From assembly GCA_012295275.1 (NCBI GenBank), contig CM022672.1, forward strand, positions 15,128,001 through 15,192,000: 64,000 nt of DNA, read 5' to 3'. The translations under genes were made by a program, and so were the position numbers. Each line of letters starts with the position of its first letter. Position 1 is the stretch's first letter. This document shows positions 54,501 through 64,000 of this stretch, piece by piece. The notes under the pieces were generated by a model. That model had not been told where the DNA came from and did not search any database. It saw only the letters and a list, made by a program, of their open reading frames with translations. Source of the DNA: Chrysomallon squamiferum (lineage: Eukaryota; Animalia; Mollusca).

Positions 54501-56843
54501 AAAAATCAATGAATAAAATACTAAATTGTCTAGTCTAAATTACTTTCTTTTTCTTTTTTCTTTATTGTACTAAAATCCCATCTGCTCATCTGGCTGACAA
54601 ACGAAGCCATTCACTGTAGGGTTATTAAAGTTCACTTTGCACCTCACAATCAGCAGATGGGCTTGTCTGGCAATCCTGTCGGCGGGGCCACTCTGGCCCT
54701 GGTGGTATGTCTCTTGTAAGCCATGACCACCAGGGCAGCTGATGAGCACATGGTGGTTCATTGATTGCATCCAGATAGTGGTGGTCCTGTGTACTGTGGA
54801 CTGAGAGAGGGAGAGCAACAGGTGGTTACACAGAACAGATGTAGTCTGTGTTATCAGGCCAAGTCTTGCAGGGATTGTGTCAACCTCTAAGGACAAAGAC
54901 AGAGGCCATGGCTCAGTTTTAAATCTAGCTCTGTGTAGTTAGGTTCGGGTTTTACTCTGCTGATGTTTGCCTTTGCAAATACAAATGATCAAACATCAGT
55001 TTTTGGGGCTGTTATTGAATAAAAAAAAAAACCCCAAAAACAAAACTAAAGATGCCACATGAGCTAAACTGAATTTGATAGGCTTGATTACGTAATCAGT
55101 TTAAAGTTGTATCAAAAGATAAAAGGGAAAAGAAGCCATGGGTGATTACATAATATGCAGACCTTAGCAATGTGATCTATTCAGAGTTCACAATGAAAGT
55201 CTTCTTTATTTCTACATGTGATAAAATGATATATAACATTAAAATCAGAAAACACAAATTACATATTCATATGATTTCAATGCACATAAAAATTAAAATG
55301 ATCCATAACAGAATTAAAAATCCTCAAAACCGTGTTCTTATGATAATGAAGTAAAATTCTATTTATATAACCTGAATTTACTTATAAGCAGCATTATACT
55401 GTCAGGGAAAACTAAACATGATATGTCTTCTCTCCAATCTCTAACAATATGTACACAATTTTCCAAAACTTTATTATTTTTATTTTATAGCATCTGAAAA
55501 GCAAGGCAGAAGTATAACTTGTTATAAAATTTGTAAATACAAAACACTGTCATCAATGTGTCAAAACTGTTTTGGCACCTTTTGGCCAAACTGTATGAAG
55601 TTAAAGCAACAGTGCTAGACAAAAATGTCATTTGTTGGTAATGTTCAATTTGGGTGACATCAATTTTTTTCTAAGACTTAATTTAACAATATTCACACAT
55701 GGCTGTAATTATAGATTAGCATCTTTCTGGATCTTACACATTAGAAGGAAAAAAAAAAAGTTCAGTAAAGAAAAAAAAAATGTCAATGCTTTAGATAAAT
55801 GATTGGTTGTCAATCAGTAATAATTATCATAAGAATAGGAAAAGATTTGGTTTACTTATCACACCAACACTCAGTCCAAAAGAGTGTAACAAAATTTATC
55901 AATCTGTCATGTATTATTTTTTATTTATTTTGCATAAATTATTTTGTCAGTAACATTTCTTTTCTTATCTTTTTCTTTTTTTGTGGAAGGGTGGGCACAT
56001 ACTGTATGTACAGTAATCTGAGAGAGAAAAAAATAGTAATAAAAAGAGAATGTAATAACAATATTAGTTGTAATTAGTTGTAATGTTAGTTATAATTAAA
56101 TGGTTTTACCTCATTTCCAGTGTTGGTGAATCTATCAAGGTTGGAGAATCTACAAAACATCCTGAAAAATACATGACAACTGTAAGAAATATTTTTAAAA
56201 ACAAGAAATAAAAATACCACAGTAAAAAATTTGTTTTAATCTTAAAAAAAATAAGTATTTTCAAAGAAAAAAGTGACACAATAATAATAACATAATATTA
56301 TAACAACAACAACAACAAAATAATAGTCTGGAGATATTAGAATAAACCCATTACTATCCATGATGAAAATGCAGCAGAAAGCATGTTTAATGTTTATGGT
56401 CTTTACACTGAGATTATGAACAAAGTCTCAGTTCATGAGTATTTATATTTTTTCCATTTTAATAAAAAGTTACAAAATACATTTTATATTTAATAATTAT
56501 TATTTTTAATATTGATGATTAAAACAGAAGTAATATGAAATAATATTATGGAAACAAAGTATTTTTTCTTCACACACACCCCACCAATCTGATGAAAATA
56601 TGAAAATAAGCAATTTTACAAATCAAAAATATTTCAGTTTAAGCTATTGGTTTTTTTCAGTTTGGTAATTTTATATGTCTCAGCATAATCAGAATCATTT
56701 AATCCAAACAGTTTTGTAATACAACTGTTTTACAGTGTTCTTGGGATTTTCCTGTTTGTTGTGGCTGTCACTTTCTCTCAAGCATCAAAACTGTACACTG
56801 ATAGGGAGAGTCTAATAGACAGAAACAGAGACAGATACAAAGA

Positions 56844-56907
<64 letters not shown>

Positions 56908-57092
56908 AATATATGCAGCTGAACACAATTCAAGAATTTCAAATACCATCTTAAACACAAATAAGTATTACACTATATAGTCAAAATTAAAGGTTATTTG
57001 AGAATTTGAATTGATGAAAAAATAACTGATTTATATTTATCAAAAAAACAAAATGTAACTTATGAAATGGAGTAAATTTGATTAAGAAAGTA

Positions 57093-57130
<38 letters not shown>

Positions 57131-60100
57131 TGTATCTATTCAAAAAAGATTATTTTTATAAATCTGAAATACTAAATAGAGTGACCACTATCACCAAACA
57201 ACAATAATGCAGATATTAATCTGTTTGAATAACATCTTGTCAGTTGATAATAAACTACAGACTGAACATGTCAGACTGCAGATTAAAACAGGTTTAATCC
57301 AAAATAAAACACTGTGGATTTATAACACATTTAATCCAGACTAAAATACACAGTAAGAAGAATTAAACCAAATTTAATCTGAAACAAAGCATATATTTAA
57401 TCCAGTGAAAAATACTACTAATAATGATTTTTTAAATAAAATATTAACTAAGCGATATATGTCAAATGTAACTGGGTGCCAGTCAAACAACTTTTGCTGC
57501 AGGTTAAAACATATTTAATTCAAAATAAAACACTATGGATTAAAACATATCTAATCCAAAATAAAACACTTTTATAAAATGGCATATTAAAAACAAGCTG
57601 GTAAGTGTCATATATACATGCAAGTGCCAGACATAGCGCATGCACCACAGGGTGGAGATGCCTAATTAAGCAGGTGTAATCAACTCTTCATGTAATAATT
57701 ACAACAATGAGAACATTCAGTATGATGTCAGCCTTTAGAGTCCCATCAGGTGGTGGTATTGAGCTATTAGTTGCACAATTATGTTAATTATATGTAGTTA
57801 TCTTTCATAACTTTCACACATTTTAGTAATAATAATAAACAGAAATAAAGAGAAAGAGAAAAAAAAATTAGTATAAAATTATATGAAAGACATTACTAAA
57901 ATATATAGTACATTACAGAGTATTTAGTTAATGAGAAAAGGAAAAGTGTGGAATAAAAAAAAATGTTTAATGATTTTGAAAATGTTGCAGAAATGCAGTA
58001 CACAATAAAAGGTTAGAAACATTGATTAAGTTGGAAAAAAAAAAAAAAATTAAATTAAAAAAAATATTGGAAAATTAGTAATAACCAAAATAATAGTAAA
58101 AAAAAAAAAGAATAATCCTAAAATCACTCTTACTAACAGTTAATTAATAATAAAAATTAACTTACCATTTTTAAATATTTTTTACAATATAAATAAAAAT
58201 AATACTAAAAAATTCATTACTATTACACTGAAATGCATTACAATGTCTAACATACAAGGTTTAAAGTCAGTGGGCACCTGTCAAGCCAAACGAATTGAAA
58301 ACCAGACAATATTCAGGATGGCAAGAGAAATTCAATGCTATTGACAGAGGTGTTAATTTGCAGTGGGGATTAGACCACTGCATGACTGCAGCCATTGTAA
58401 CTGGAAACTAACCATGACCACAGCAACTGTAATTCAATACTACCCGTGTAAACTATGTCTACACACAAGAAACAATGGGGTGCATGCTATAAATACATGT
58501 AGGGCTAATGCTATCCATGGTGGTTTCTCAATTAGAATGTAATCTAGAATTTGCTGCATATTATTGTATCTCACTACCAGAAATATTTAAATATTTGTAA
58601 TACATTCATTTGAAATTGAGACTATTATGGAACTTTCTTTTTTAAAATGCATTTATTTATTTCATAATTTGAATAAATCCACAGAAGGTATCATGATAAT
58701 TTTGTTTGTGATATTATTATTTATTTAAAATGTTAGTGTTGGTTATAAACTGCCATTATGTGGACCACTTCTAAAACACAGCTTTATCTTTAATTTAAAT
58801 TCTTAGTCTGAAAGAGAATGCTAATAGAACAGCAAATAAGATATTTAAAAAAAAAAAAATCTTAAGTCAACAAACCTCATGTGCATTTTCGAAACTATTT
58901 TCTCTAAACAACAATAATAAAAATTGGAAAAATATAAATAAATACTTCTAAAACCTACCCAAAACTGGAAAAATAAACATGTAATGAATTATTACAAAAT
59001 GTGCAATACACGAAAATGTTTTTGATTTTTTTTGGTGGGTGGAATATTTAAAGTAATGAAGATATATTTTTCTCATACAAAACATGAGTCAGAAGTAGGA
59101 TCACAATCTAAGTTACAGCAACTCTAAGTTTAGGCAGAGGTTGTTTGATAGAAATCTTTCCATGGAAAAACATGTGACGGAAATGCAGGCGTGCATGAGG
59201 ACCATGTTTCCCAACTTTTCAGTCTCCAGTTTTTGTCCAGTTTCTGAACTAGTATTAAGTCAGAAAGAAAATGTTTAACAGCTATTCTTTATCAAATTTC
59301 TGGCAGTAAACATTAAATTGTTTATTTTCAATAATTATGTTTGCATATTTTACTAACCTCTCACATATAAATATATATTAAGCTGCTTACCAAAAATGGC
59401 ATCTATTCCATAATAATGAACCTTAGGCTCACTGGTTTCAAAAAACGATTCTATTAGGATGTATTTTAAAATAAATTTACCTGATTCTGTTGATGACACA
59501 CGTTCTGGAGTTGGTCTAGTGGAATCTGTGGGAGTATCAACACTGGAAAGTGATAATTTACGTTTTGGTGTTCCCCTAAAAAAAAATAATCAATAAACAT
59601 TTACATTTTATCGTGTACATCAAATAAAATTTAATTATTTACATTTTACATATATGATGTAAATATATATTACACCTTACATATTACACCATCCTGTCTA
59701 CACATCCTTTTTAAAGAATTTAATAATTTACAACTTAACTCATCTAAAACTTTGTAATGTTCTGATAGAATTTTTGGGTTTTTTTAACATGAGTAATAAA
59801 TATATAAAAAGTAAAAAGTAAATTTTCAAAAAAAAATGTTTATTAAATAGTAATTATTATACAAATATATCAACAAGGAGCAGGTTGTAATGCAAATGTT
59901 TGACTTTTAATACTAGAATGATACTTGATGGATTCCAGGATCTGTCACTCCCATGACTAACTTGCCAAAGATTATAACATATGCTTTCTTGACTATGATA
60001 GTAAGTAGATAAAAGTCCCCTTATTGTTGATTACAGCTGCCCAAAGGATGGAAATAGGTTTATCTTTTGTATTATTTTTATAAAAAAAATATATAAGTCA

Positions 60101-60698
60101 TACTTAATAAATGTTAATGTTAAAATGTATTGTTAAACATTCATTCATACATACAGTCAAACTTTTAAATTCTGTAGAAATATAACAGAAAAGAAAATTA
60201 ATGAGTCCAAAAAAATAATGTATAGTAGTGTTTTTGAGACTAGCGGATAAATTAAGTAAGCTATTAATATTACATATTTGTTAAAAAAACAAACATGAAA
60301 AAATGAAAAAAAAAAACAAAAAAAAAAAAAAACATGAAAAAAAAAAAAAAAAAAAATAAATAAAATAAAAATGTAAAGATCCTGGATAATATTTAAAATC
60401 TAAATTGTCGTTATGATTTATATACATCACGTTCATTCATTTATACATGTAAAACAACACAAATGCCAACTGTCAGATTTGTGTTCTCAAATGAAACATG
60501 TCACAACTTGCAGCAAGAAGTGTGGGAATCGATTCTCAAAATTCACTAGGTAACTTACCTTCCTGTGGATAATTCACTTAAATTATGAGCAAGATTTGAC
60601 ATAGGCGAACCCACTGTAATTTCCGAATTCATGGTGCTTGCTGATAGTGTAGCCAGTGGTATTCGTAAAGTTGGTTTAGAAATTTTTTTAGATGTCAT
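39126..60698 (-). CDS. CDC25: Cdc25/string M-phase inducer dual-specificity phosphatase, whole-gene model, 15 coding exons, 571 aa
   Basis: Fifteen GT-AG exons join with consistent phases into a 1716-nt open frame. It contains [34 protein letters not shown], catalytic [32 protein letters not shown] and CEPQGYKPM. Confidence 0.96.
39689..39806 (-). CDS. CDC25: Cdc25 exon 14 ([37 protein letters not shown])
   Basis: atttag acceptor, CAG|GTAATG donor, phase 2 in and 0 out. Confidence 0.96.
40202..40335 (-). CDS. CDC25: Cdc25 exon 13 with the catalytic HCX5R loop ([11 protein letters not shown])
   Basis: ttttgcag acceptor, GTAAGT donor, phase 0 in and 2 out. Confidence 0.97.
40950..41375. repeat. 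Degenerate ~150-160 bp tandem triplication in a cdc25 intron
   Basis: Recurring blocks ttactgattt, gggagg.aagaggaa.ggtttgtatatgg and atctcttacattagt. Confidence 0.75.
41396..41494 (-). CDS. CDC25: Cdc25 exon 12 (LYALMTDQY...[16 protein letters not shown])
   Basis: ttttcag acceptor, CAG|GTAATG donor, 99 nt. Rhodanese-fold DCRYPYE motif. Confidence 0.96.
43124..43186 (-). CDS. CDC25: Cdc25 exon 11 ([21 protein letters not shown])
   Basis: cctttcag acceptor, GTATGT donor, 63 nt. Contains the KHQDLK motif. Confidence 0.93.
43815..43895. repeat. Dispersed copy of part of the 49.3 kb repeat unit
   Basis: aaaaatctattacctaacaaatagttcatccaaattt is identical to about 49301-49337, and similarity continues after a 12-bp gap. 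Confidence 0.85.
44190..44300 (-). CDS. CDC25: Cdc25 exon 10 ([12 protein letters not shown]...DLIGDCSK)
   Basis: ggttcag acceptor, AAG|GTAAAA donor, 111 nt. Contains the LIGDxSK motif. Confidence 0.93.
44849..45031 (-). CDS. CDC25: Cdc25 exon 9 (RSQSFD 14-3-3-type site; bipartite NLS KR...KRRK)
   Basis: ttttacag acceptor, GTAATT donor, 183 nt. RSQSF lies where Cdc25C has RSPSMP, and is followed by the NLS. Confidence 0.92.
45312..45394. repeat. (TG)n microsatellite
   Basis: Read directly. Confidence 0.97.
45769..45867 (-). CDS. CDC25: Cdc25 exon 8 ([18 protein letters not shown]...TTPV)
   Basis: ttttccag acceptor, GTAAGT donor, 99 nt. Resembles Cdc25A PSCMASLWTAPLV. Confidence 0.9.
46694..46822 (-). 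CDS. CDC25: Cdc25 exon 7 (NEDGP...[15 protein letters not shown])
   Basis: atttcag acceptor, GTAATA donor, 129 nt. The DDGF motif matches Cdc25A/B. Confidence 0.9.
47138..47284 (-). CDS. CDC25: Cdc25 exon 6 ([16 protein letters not shown]...FSPS)
   Basis: tgtaacag acceptor, GTAAGC donor, 147 nt open. FxFxxP motif and several SP sites. Confidence 0.85.
47701..47865 (-). CDS. CDC25: Cdc25 exon 5 ([27 protein letters not shown])
   Basis: ttcttcag acceptor, AAG|GTACAT donor, 165 nt in frame. Contains KEN and DSG motifs. Confidence 0.88.
48424..48463 (-). CDS. CDC25: Cdc25 exon 4, 40-nt microexon ([14 protein letters not shown])
   Basis: gttttcag acceptor and GTAAGT donor. Phase 2 in and 0 out is exactly what is needed to join exon 3 to exon 5. 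FRKIDSSP resembles Cdc25A RRIHSLP. Confidence 0.8.
48509..48575. repeat. (AAAT)n microsatellite just upstream of the cdc25 microexon acceptor
   Basis: Read directly. Confidence 0.95.
49050..49820. repeat. Degenerate ~130 bp tandem repeat (about 6 units)
   Basis: A cagcaagcca..ttgaaacaa-like block appears near 49071, 49203, 49341, 49469, 49589 and 49719. aaaatctatta..atctatgct also recurs. Confidence 0.75.
56110..56161 (-). CDS. CDC25: Cdc25 exon 3 ([17 protein letters not shown])
   Basis: ttttcag acceptor, AG|GTAAAA donor, phase 1 in and 2 out. With exon 2 it gives [11 protein letters not shown], like Cdc25A STDSGFCLDSP. Confidence 0.85.
56846..56904. repeat. (GT)n microsatellite
   Basis: Read directly. 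Confidence 0.96.
57290..57572. repeat. Short degenerate repeat ttaatccaaaataaaacact(g/a)tggatt
   Basis: Clear copies near 57294, 57514 and 57552, with partial ones between. Confidence 0.7.
59481..59575 (-). CDS. CDC25: Cdc25 exon 2 ([12 protein letters not shown]...SSTES)
   Basis: Poly-T + TAG acceptor, G|GTAAAT donor, phase 2 in and 1 out. The TPKR-L-LS motif is typical of Cdc25. Confidence 0.88.
60559..60698 (-). CDS. CDC25: Cdc25 exon 1 ([15 protein letters not shown]...[17 protein letters not shown])
   Basis: ATG at 60698 with A at -3 and an in-frame TGA 21 nt upstream. [10 protein letters not shown] resembles the Cdc25 N-terminal SPVTNL motif. Donor AG|GTAAGT. Confidence 0.85.
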
Positions 60699-60939
60699 AT
60701 TCCAGTCTCTTTGAAGTCACACCCCTAAGTAAAGTCATAATTTAGCTCACCGATTTCGAATACAATTTCACCTTGAATTAAAAAGTCCAGGAAGATGCAC
60801 CAATTGTATCATTCAATTTATAAGTCCATGAGAAGAGTCCTTTTTCTGATCACTTATATCAGCGAAGTCCGTTTGGATTAACTTTTGTTTAGAAAGTAAT
60901 TTTTAGACGTGGATTACAAACAATGGTCACTGGGTGTTG

Positions 60940-61260
60940 AAGAAACCACACAGATGCTCCGAAACTCCAGTTCTAAATTTGTGCGGGAATTTCAGACTAT
61001 GAAATTTATAATAATATATATTTTTTAACTTCCCAGGTCCATGACGATCTCCAGACTATTAGAACATAAACATGAATTTCCAAATAAATCGTATTATCAA
61101 ATCAGGACCTGGGATGTGTCTAGGCAAAGCACTGCCGCCTGATAGTTTGAACACAGCTGATAATCAACCAATCAAAATCGAGCGTTTGTTGTTGCTGCAG
61201 ACGCTATTTCAATCATACTCCATTACGTTGAAAAAAGATGAACATTTTTAAATGATTTAA
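60940..61260 (-). promoter_or_regulatory. Putative cdc25 promoter region with NF-Y, CHR-like and E2F-like motifs
   Basis: CpG dinucleotides reappear here compared with the introns. AACCAATCA at 61166-61174, TTTGAA at 61146-61151 next to GCCGCC, and GCGGGAAT at 60983-60990. These are short motif matches only. Confidence 0.45.
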
Positions 61261-62937
61261 CTCGATAATCAACATTTTCGTGAAAATAAATGTGTTATAT
61301 GTAGCTAGTATAAATAATAAATTAAATAAAATGTTTGTCTTTTATTTACTTTTGAAATAGTATACACTAAACAACTAACTCACCTTTCTGCAAAACAAAG
61401 CAATATTTTTATTCACTGGTTCGTTTGAAATTTGAAAAAAAAAAAGTGTTATTATTATTTTTTTATATAAATATAATTTTAAGTCTTATTAATAATAAAT
61501 GAAAATGAAACAGTTTATACTACTAATTAGAAAATACATATGTAGCTCTCTTAGTATTTAAAACGCATAAATAAAAGTTTACATAACTTATAGAAATTCT
61601 TTTTTCTTTTTTTTGTACTTTCTTCTACAACAGTAATTTTTGTTTATATCTATAGTACCTACGGAGCCCTAGAACAGTTCCAATTAAAACAAAAAATAAA
61701 AAGCAAAGCAATAATAATAACAACAAAACAACAACTAAGTAATTAAACGATATAATGGTTATTTTGATTAATTACAAAAGGCATGGCTTTTGCACAAAAC
61801 TATATAATAATAACATTAAAAAGAAATTATGAGAAGGAAATACAGTTTCATTAAAATGTCTGTTATTGTTGTTTGTTTGTTTGCTTGCTTGCTTGTTTAA
61901 TTGTTTATTTGAATCGAAACTGTTCGGTAATGATAACATGCTTATATATATATAATTCCCGATGTGTATGTACATCATTTTTATTCTATTCATAAGGTTC
62001 AGGGATATAGAAGCACTATAGAAAATAACCAGTCATTAAACGGAATTAATTAACTGATATCCTTTTAGAGACTGCGAAAATTATTTCCAGTAATGGGAAG
62101 AGTCCACAAGATTTAAGAAAATAATGAAGATTAGAACGTTTAAAAAATATTATTATTGTTGTCGTTGTTATTTTTGCTGTTGCTGTTGCTGTTATTACTA
62201 TTATTATTATTATTATTTATCCAGAAAACATCAGAGATAGTTTAATAATAAATTATTTTAGTGCTTCTCCTGAAAACTTATAAGAGCATCTGCATGTACG
62301 TATACAACATGTACTATAGTTTCAGTCTGACGTCGATTCATTGTTACGAAATGTAAATACGTCATCAACTGACTGTGATTATTGCGTTATTCATCTAACA
62401 TCGGATTGTTCTGGAAGGTCTCGTCATTTTAAAAAACTAATTAAATAGCATCCAGTTATATTATCGTAAGCTAATACCCGGCAGTTATTAATTTTCTCCC
62501 AGCTGGAGAAGTATGAGTGATGAAAATCAAGTAAATAATAGTAATAATATAAAGATATTTTAGTTATAATATATATTATTTTCTATTAATGATCTAACTT
62601 CTGTTCTGCTCTAAGTCAATAAAGAAAGGACGAAATGTTTTACTTAATCAAGAATCAAGAATGAGAATCATGGTTTAGAACAATGCGGGTATGGAGAAAA
62701 AAAATCCAACTATCATCAAGCAGTGAATTGCTTTTGTTATGATTAGAAGCAAGATATCTTTTTATAAAGGTTTTTATATTGTAAAGTACATAAAAGTGAT
62801 AAGTGAATGAGAAGAAATATCAAGATATCTTTTTATATATACATGTATATTATTATTATTATTATTTGTACATAAACACAAAAATTCTGGAGTAAATTAG
62901 CAATGTATCAATATTTTACCTTTTTGTGCATTTGAAT

Positions 62938-62953
62938 TGTGTGTGTGTGTGTG

Positions 62954-63032
<79 letters not shown>
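62938..63032. repeat. Compound (TG)n(GA)n microsatellite
   Basis: Read directly. Confidence 0.96.
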
Positions 63033-63035
<3 letters not shown>

Positions 63036-64000
63036 TTCAGCCAACTGCCTCAAAGCATACGTCTTTCTCACTATTATGTTACAATAACTTTCAACATTTA
63101 TGGTACATAGTCTAAAAATGTTTTGTTAAAAGATACCCAAAGCAGTGTTAATTTATATGTATAATTGCATTGTAAAGTGATCCTTTTGGAAATAGGTTAA
63201 AGATAATGTAGTGTCATTTCGAGCAATTTCGAATTTTATTAAGTTTTAAACTGCTGAGTGACGATGACGTTTTTATGATATATATGGTCTAATGATAACA
63301 CTTTTCCTTCAGGTGACGCAGCAATGTTTACAAAGACATAATTGGCACCTCTTACAAATATTTGCGTGCGTTTGTAACATTAAAATAATAAAAACACACA
63401 CACACACACACAAAATAAATAAATAAATAAATAAATGAAATGTAATGAAAAAATAAAATAAAATAAAATAAATAATAAATACATAATAACTTTTTATTTT
63501 GATAACTAACATATTTTCTAATGGAAATTAATATAACAATGTGTAGAATTGAAACGTGAATACGGGAGTAAATTAATTATATTTAATTTTTTAATACATT
63601 ACTTTATCACCAAATTATGTTCTCCGATTTTATTGGTAAGTATATTTTAACAGTTAAATCACGTTTATAGTAAAAAAAATCGTGAACCTAATTATTGCTT
63701 AAGGCTGACTAATATAATTATTTACAGTGAAAATTTTAATAGACAATGAAACATTAAATTTGACAGGTTTTTGCTTTTGTATCTGTAATTTATATATTAA
63801 TATTTTTTGGAGTCACTGATCTGTCATCATGTAAAATATTTTAATTGCTAATAATTAAGGAAATTATTTGAAACAGTTGTAAATATTAAATATATTAGAA
63901 AATTACATTTTATTTTATATGTACCAACTACTTAAAGGTGACTGTTATAAACGTTGATGGTTGTATAGAATATAATCTCTGTCAATTTTATGGGGAACTG

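Noticed and set aside
54570-54896. 108-aa ORF as an independent nested gene
   Set aside because: Non-ATG start and no similarity to any family I know. Kept only as a cryptic exon candidate.
61421-61437. Tandem TTTGAA (CHR-like) motifs
   Set aside because: Expected by chance in such AT-rich DNA and far from the CCAAT/CpG patch.

Overview
AT-rich, microsatellite-rich animal genomic DNA, probably an invertebrate (the taxon cannot be fixed from sequence alone). It holds two convergent, intron-rich genes, rebuilt here exon by exon from GT-AG sites and reading-frame phase. (1) A + strand RNF38/RNF44-family RING-H2 ubiquitin ligase with about 10 coding exons (3517-29034). As assembled it has one extra base at about 28139-28141, which shifts the frame just before the RING domain. 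(2) A - strand Cdc25/string M-phase inducer phosphatase with 15 coding exons (60698-39126; 1716 nt, 571 aa), an intact HCEFSSER active site and a likely promoter near 61 kb. Most entries in the ORF track are low-complexity artefacts. Best leads: the RNF38 frameshift and a cryptic acceptor that could rescue it; a SUMO-interacting motif in RNF38; loss of the conserved C-terminal Chk1 site in Cdc25; an overlapping uORF on cdc25; an intronic array of 37-38 bp hairpins with co-varying stems; and an isolated ~98 nt hairpin between the two 3' ends. No tRNA, rRNA, CRISPR array or intact transposase is recognisable. Protein comparisons are from recall of vertebrate/fly sequences, not from a search.
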